A stretch of 64,000 nucleotides of DNA from Eukaryota sp. TZLM1-RC (Eukaryota > Protista > Metamonada: BaSk clade): assembly GCA_040285825.1 (NCBI GenBank), contig JAUPSS010000011.1, positions 620,001 to 684,000 on the forward strand, read 5' to 3'. This document shows positions 57,901-64,000 of this stretch, in pieces. The first letter of the stretch is position 1; the number at the start of each line of letters is the position of its first letter. The position numbers were made by a program, and so were the translations under genes. The notes below the pieces were generated by a model. The model was given only the letters and a program-made list of their open reading frames with translations, had not been told where the DNA came from and did no database searches.

Positions 57901-60900
57901 TCCATTTTGGGACAATTAATATAACAATTGTGGTGTTAAAGTCTGTGCTATGGTCATTTGAGTAGTCATTGGTATGATTGGTTGAATGGTCATTGGTATG
58001 ATTTGGTGAGTTGCATGTAGTCCTTATGTACTAGATGTGATCAACTTGTGATCAAACTTTGTGTGAAATTGTGTGTGAGTAATGTTGGCTATGTGTTACT
58101 TGATCAGTACAAACTCATGATTACATTTTCAAATGATTTTGTATATATTTGAATTAATTGAGTGTATTAATTTTTAAACATTAAATTGTAAAAAAAATAA
58201 AAAATGAAAAAGTATACAATTGAATGTTGTAAACTAATAAAACAATTGCTGTAAGTGTAAGAGTATCGTTTTTGATACGATTTACTGAGGCTCATATGAA
58301 GTTACTAGTTTCGTATATTGACCAATGGTTGTTTATTACAATCATTGGTCAAATCTTTAAAGTCCATTTTGGGACAATTAATATAACAATTGTGGTGTTA
58401 AAGTCCGTGCTATGGTCATTTGAGTAGTCATTGGTATGATTGGTTGAATGGTCATTGGTATGATTAGGTGAGTTGCATGTAGTCTTTATGTACTAGATGT
58501 GACCAACTTGTGATCAAACTTTGTGTGAAATTGTGTGTGAGTAATGTTGGCTATGTGTTACTTGATCAGTACAAACTCATGATTACATTTTCAATTGATT
58601 TTGTATATATTTGAATTAATTGAGTGTATTAATTTTTAAACATTAAATTGTAAAAAAAAAGTAAAAAATCAAAAAGTATACAATTGAATGTTGTAAACTA
58701 ATAAAACAATTGCTGTAAGTGTAAGAGTATCGTTTTTGATACGATTTACTGAGGCTCATATGAAGTTCCTAGTTTCGTATATTGACCAATGGTTGTTTAT
58801 TACAATCATTGGTCAAATCTTTAAAGTCCATTTTGGGACAATTAATATAACAATTGTGGTGTTAAAGTCTGTGCTATGGTCATTTGAGTAGTCATTGGTA
58901 TGATTGGTTGAATGGTCATTGGTATGATTAGGTGAGTTGCATGTAGTCCTTATGTACTAGATGTGACCAACTTGTGATCAAACTTTGTGTGAAATTGTGT
59001 GTGAGTAATGTTGGCTATGTGTTACTTGATCAGTACAAACTCATGATTACATTTTCAATTGATTTTGTATATATTTGAATTAATTGAGTTTATTAATTTT
59101 TAAACATTAAATTGTAAAAAAAAATAAAAAATGAAAAAGTATACAATTGAATGTTGTAAACTAATAAAACAATTGCTGTAAGTGTAAGAGTATCGTTTTT
59201 GATACGATTTACTGAGGCTCATATGAAGTTACTAGTTTCGTATATTGACCAATGGTTGTTTATTACAATCATTGGTCAAATCTTTAAAGTCCATTTTGGG
59301 ACAATTAATATAACAATTGTGGTGTTAAAGTCCGTGCTATGGTCATTTGAGTAGTCATTGGTATGATTGGTTGAATGGTCATTGGTATGATTAGATGAGT
59401 TGCATGTAGTCTTTATGTACTAGATGTGACCAACTTGTGATCAAACTTTGTGTGAAATTGTGTGTGAGTAATGTTGGCTATGTGTTACTTGATCAGTACA
59501 AACTCATGATTACATTTTCAATTGATTTTGTATATATTTGAATTAATTGAGTGTATTAATTTTTAAACATTAAATTGTAAAAAAAGTAAAAAATCAAAAA
59601 GTATACAATTGAATGTTGTAAACTAATAAAACAATTGCTGTAAGTGTAAGAGTATCGTTTTTGATACGATTTACTGAGGCTCATATGAAGTTCCTAGTTT
59701 CGTATATTGACCAATGGTTGTTTATTACAATCATTGGTCAAATCTTAAAGTCCATTTTGGGACAATTAATATAACAATTGTGGTGTTAAAGTCCGTGCTA
59801 TGGTCATTTGAGTAGTCATTGGTATGATTGGTTGAATGGTCATTGGTATGATTAGGTGAGTTGCATGTAGTCCTTATGTACTAGATGTGACCAACTTGTG
59901 ATCAAACTTTGTGTGAAATTGTGTGTGAGTAATGTTGGCTATGTGTTACTTGATCAGTACAAACTCATGATTACATTTTCAATTGATTTTGTATATATTT
60001 GAATTAATTGAGTTTATTAATTTTTAAACATTAAATTGTAAAAAAAATAAAAAATGAAAAAGTATACAATTGAATGTTGTAAACTAATAAAACAATTGCT
60101 GTAAGTGTAAGAGTATCGTTTTTGATACGATTTACTGAGGCTCATATGAAGTTCCTAGTTTCGTATATTGACCAATGGTTGTTTATTACAATCATTGGTC
60201 AAATCTTTAAAGTCCATTTTGGGACAATTAATATAACAATTGTGGTGTTAAAGTCCGTGCTATGGTCATTTGAGTAGTCATTGGTATGATTGGTTGAATG
60301 GTCATTGGTATGATTAGGTGAGTTGCATGTAGTCCTTATGTACTAGATGTGACCAACTTGTGATCAAACTTTGTGTGAAATTGTGTGTGAGTAATGTTGG
60401 CTATGTGTTACTTGATCAGTACAAACTCATGATTACATTTTCAATTGATTTTGTATATATTTGAATTAATTGAGTTTATTAATTTTTAAACATTAAATTG
60501 TAAAAAAATAAAAAATGAAAAAGTATACAATTGAATGTTGTAAACTAATAAAACAATTGCTGTAAGTGTAAGAGTTTTTGATACGATTTACTGAGGCTCA
60601 TATGAAGTTCCTAGTTTCGTATATTGACCAATGGTTGTTTATTACAATCATTGGTCAAATCTTTAAAGTCCATTTTGGGACAATTAATATAACAATTGTG
60701 GTGTTAAAGTCTGTGCTATGGTCATTTGAGTAGTCATTGGTATGATTGGTTGAATGGTCATTGGTATGATTAGGTGAGTTGCATGTAGTCTTTATGTACT
60801 AGATGTGACCAACTTGTGATCAAACTTTGTGTGAAATTGTGTGTGAGTAATGTTGGCTATGTGTTACTTGATCAGTACAAACTCATGATTACATTTTCAA

Positions 60901-62629
60901 TTGATTTTGTATATATTTGAATTAATTGAGTTTATTAATTTTTAAACATTAAATTGTAAAAAAAATAAAAAAAATGAAAAAGTATACAATTGAATGTTGT
61001 AAACTAATAAAACAATTGCTGTAAGTGTAAGAGTATCGTTTTTGATACGATTTACTGAGGCTCATATGAAGTTCCTAGTTTCGTATATTGACCAATGGTT
61101 GTTTATTACAATCATTGGTCAAATCTTTAAAGTCCATTTTGGGACAATTAATATAACAATTGTGGTGTTAAAGTCTGTGCTATGGTCATTTGAGTAGTCA
61201 TTGGTATGATTGGTTGAATGGTCATTGGTATGATTAGGTGAGTTGCATGTAGTCCTTATGTACTAGATGTGACCAACTTGTGATCAAACTTTGTGTGAAA
61301 TTGTGTGTGAGTAATGTTGGCTATGTGTTACTTGATCAGTACAAACTCATGATTACATTTTCAATTGATTTTGTATATATTTGAATTAATTGAGTTTATT
61401 AATTTTTAAACATTAAATTGTAAAAAAAATAAAAAAAATGAAAAAGTATACAATTGAATGTTGTAAACTAATAAAACAATTGCTGTAAGTGTAAGAGTAT
61501 CGTTTTTGATACGATTTACTGAGGCTCATATGAAGTTACTAGTTTCGTATATTGACCAATGGTTGTTTATTACAATCATTGGTCAAATCTTTAAAGTCCA
61601 TTTTGGGACAATTAATATAACAATTGTGGTGTTAAAGTCTGTGCTATGGTCATTTGAGTAGTCATTGGTATGATTGGTTGAATGGTCATTGGTATGATTA
61701 GGTGAGTTGCATGTAGTCCTTATGTACTAGATGTGACCAACTTGTGATCAAACTTTGTGTGAAATTGTGTGTGAGTAATGTTGGCTATGTGTTACTTGAT
61801 CAGTACAAACTCATGATTACATTTTCAATTGATTTTGTATATATTTGAATTAATTGAGTTTATTAATTTTTAAACATTAAATTGTAAAAAAAATAAAAAA
61901 TGAAAAAGTATACAATTGAATGTTGTAAACTAATAAAACAATTGCTGTAAGTGTAAGAGAATCGTTTTTGATACGATTTACTGAGGCTCATATGAAGTTC
62001 CTAGTTTCGTATATTGACCAATGGTTGTTTATTACAATCATTGGTCAAATCTTTAAAGTCCATTTTGGGACAATTAATATAACAATTGTGGTGTTAAAGT
62101 CTGTGCTATGGTCATTTGAGTAGTCATTGGTATGATTGGTTGAATGGTCATTGGTATGATTAGGTGAGTTGCATGTAGTCCTTATGTACTAGATGTGACC
62201 AACTTGTGATCAAACTTTGTGTGAAATTGTGTGTGAGTAATGTTGGCTATGTGTTACTTGATCAGTACAAACTCATGATTACATTTTCAATTGATTTTGT
62301 ATATATTTGAATTAATTGAGTTTATTAATTTTTAAACATTAAATTGTAAAAAAAATAAAAAATGAAAAAGTATACAATTGAATGTTGTAAACTAATAAAA
62401 CAATTGCTGTAAGTGTAAGAGAATCGTTTTTGATACGATTTACTGAGGCTCATATGAAGTTCCTAGTTTCGTATATTGACCAATGGTTGTTTATTACAAT
62501 CATTGGTCAAATCTTTAAAGTCCATTTTGGGACAATTATTATAACAATTGTGGTGTTAAAGTCTGTGCTATGGTCATTTGAGTAGTCATTGGTATGATTG
62601 GTTGAATGGTCATTGGTATGATTAGGTGA
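48963..62629. repeat. Tandem array of about 26 units of ~460-466 bp upstream of rDNA (probable intergenic-spacer subrepeats), interrupted by a retrotransposon
   Basis: Unit landmarks recur at 49164, 49620, 50082, 50540 ... 61920, 62382; units differ by few SNPs and short indels. Confidence 0.95.
52828..54475 (+). mobile_element. 5'-truncated CRE-like non-LTR retrotransposon inserted in the tandem array
   Basis: Same sequence as 328-1896 with ~60 more 5' bases (NISKCLII); A-tail; TSD AAATTGTAAAA at 52817-52827 and 54476-54486. Confidence 0.9.
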
Positions 62630-63208
62630 TCTGTTGTCCTGTTTTTTGTATAAACACGAATCAAAGATTTCTAGTTATAGCATTTGCTGGTGTTGTTTTA
62701 CAGTGATGACCATTATGGTCTAAAATTGTGGATTTTACGAAAAGGTTCTTTGTTTTATACAAATTGATTCAAAATCATCCAAATGAGATCAGACCACAAA
62801 AAATCGCGAAACGTGAAATGGGGGTCAGAAAATGAAAGAAATTTTCATTTTTTTATCCCATTTCGGAAAGTACTTGCTATTTGATCATTTTCAATTGATT
62901 GTTTTTAAATAATTTATGAAAATGTGAAAACAGCTCAATTGTTCATGTTGAACAAAATTTTGGTGTTGTATGTAAGCCTTAATGGAAACATTAAATTTTA
63001 CTACACGTGTCGAATTTTATGGGAAATCATTTTTGATTGAAAATTTAAATTGACACATCAATAAGATTTGATTACATTTATCAGGATGTAATGGATCTTT
63101 ATGGAAAGCACAAATGATCAACATTGATACAATCATATTTGATTGATTTCACAAAAGGTAACAGTTATGAAATTTTCTGGTTTTTTAATCGGAATGTTTT
63201 ATTGTTGA
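62630..63208 (+). promoter_or_regulatory. Putative Pol I promoter / 5' external transcribed spacer
   Basis: Unique 580 bp between the array and the 18S start; assigned by position only. Confidence 0.5.
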
Positions 63209-64000
63209 TACCTGGTTGATCCTGCCAGTAGGCATATGCTTGTCTCAAAGATTAAGCCATGCATGTCTAAGTTCAGGAGTTTTCTCCGAAACAGCGAATG
63301 GCTCATTAAATCAGTGATAATTTAGTTGATAGTACTTACTACTTGGATAACCGTGGTAATTCTAGAGCTAATACATGCAGCAAATACTTCTTTTGAAGTA
63401 TGCATTTATTAGATACAAAACCAATCCTGGCAACAGGTCTTTGGTGAATCATAATAACTATGCTGATCGCATGTCTTCGGACGGCGACATATCATTTAAA
63501 TCACTGCCCTATCAACTAAATCGTAAGGTAGTGGCTTACGATGGTGATGACGGGTAACGGGGAATTAGCTTTGATTCCGGAGAGGGAGCCTGAGAAATGG
63601 CTACCACATCCAAGGAAGGCAGCAGGCGCGAAAATTACCCAATCTCATTACGAGGAGGTAGTGACAAAAAATAACAATACTGGGCTCTTTTGAGTTCGTA
63701 ATTGGAATGAGTACAACTTAAAACCTTTAACGAGGAGCTACTAGAGGGCAAGTCTGGTGCCAGCAGCCGCGGTAATTCCAGCTCTAGTAGTGTATCTTAA
63801 AATTGCTGCGTTTAAATCGTCCGTAGTTGAATCTCAGAATTTGTGTATCTTCAGGTTTTCCTGTTGGTAAACAGATTCTTCTGTCTGAGGACACTAGTCA
63901 TTTGCTTCGGCGGTGGCTATTGAATTCAGACCGTTTACTTTGAAAAAATTAGAGTGTTCAAAGCAGGCTTTATGCAATTGAATAACTTAGCATGGAATAA
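63209..64000 (+). rRNA. 18S (SSU) rRNA gene, 5' part, runs off the window
   Basis: TACCTGGTTGATCCTGCCAG, GCTTGTCTCAAAGATTAAGCCATGC, GTGCCAGCAGCCGCGGTAATTCC universal eukaryotic SSU motifs. Confidence 0.99.

Noticed and set aside
48963-62629. CRISPR-like array
   Set aside because: Whole units repeat with no unique spacers; eukaryotic context.
63375-63557. 60-aa ORF
   Set aside because: Lies inside the 18S rRNA.
63209-64000. Taxonomic assignment from 18S
   Set aside because: Clearly eukaryotic and protist-like, but I cannot place it reliably without a database search.

Overview
AT-rich, intron-poor eukaryotic (protist-like) window ending in the 5' part of an 18S rRNA gene. It holds about 10 single-exon host genes: a MORN-repeat protein, HGH1, LCMT1/PPM1, a SCAMP-like protein, a histidine acid phosphatase, a small membrane protein, two helical/ARM-like proteins, a Frag1/DRAM-like protein and a protein kinase. 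Mobile DNA between them comprises at least seven Fanzor (eukaryotic TnpB-like RuvC) coding loci from about four families, a Ty3/Gypsy element, two young 5'-truncated CRE-like (RLE) non-LTR retrotransposons with TSDs plus older relics, and a MULE relic. A ~26-copy, ~462-bp tandem array precedes the rDNA. Main signals: (1) The same hairpin-forming Fanzor 3' end sits directly against the ATG of three unrelated host genes (3745, 15936, 39219), and a different Fanzor family stops 3 nt before a fourth ATG (33852). This suggests start-codon-targeted insertion, with omega-RNA guides that would be the first codons of host genes. (2) A decayed polyprotein reads leader-2A(GDVEANPGP)-PolB-type 3'-5' exonuclease-Fanzor (17590-21140). 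(3) An intact 637-aa Fanzor and a paralogue are each followed by a structured non-coding region sharing a 12-nt motif. Many frameshifts fall in homopolymers and may be assembly errors. All family calls are from motif recognition by eye; no searches were run.
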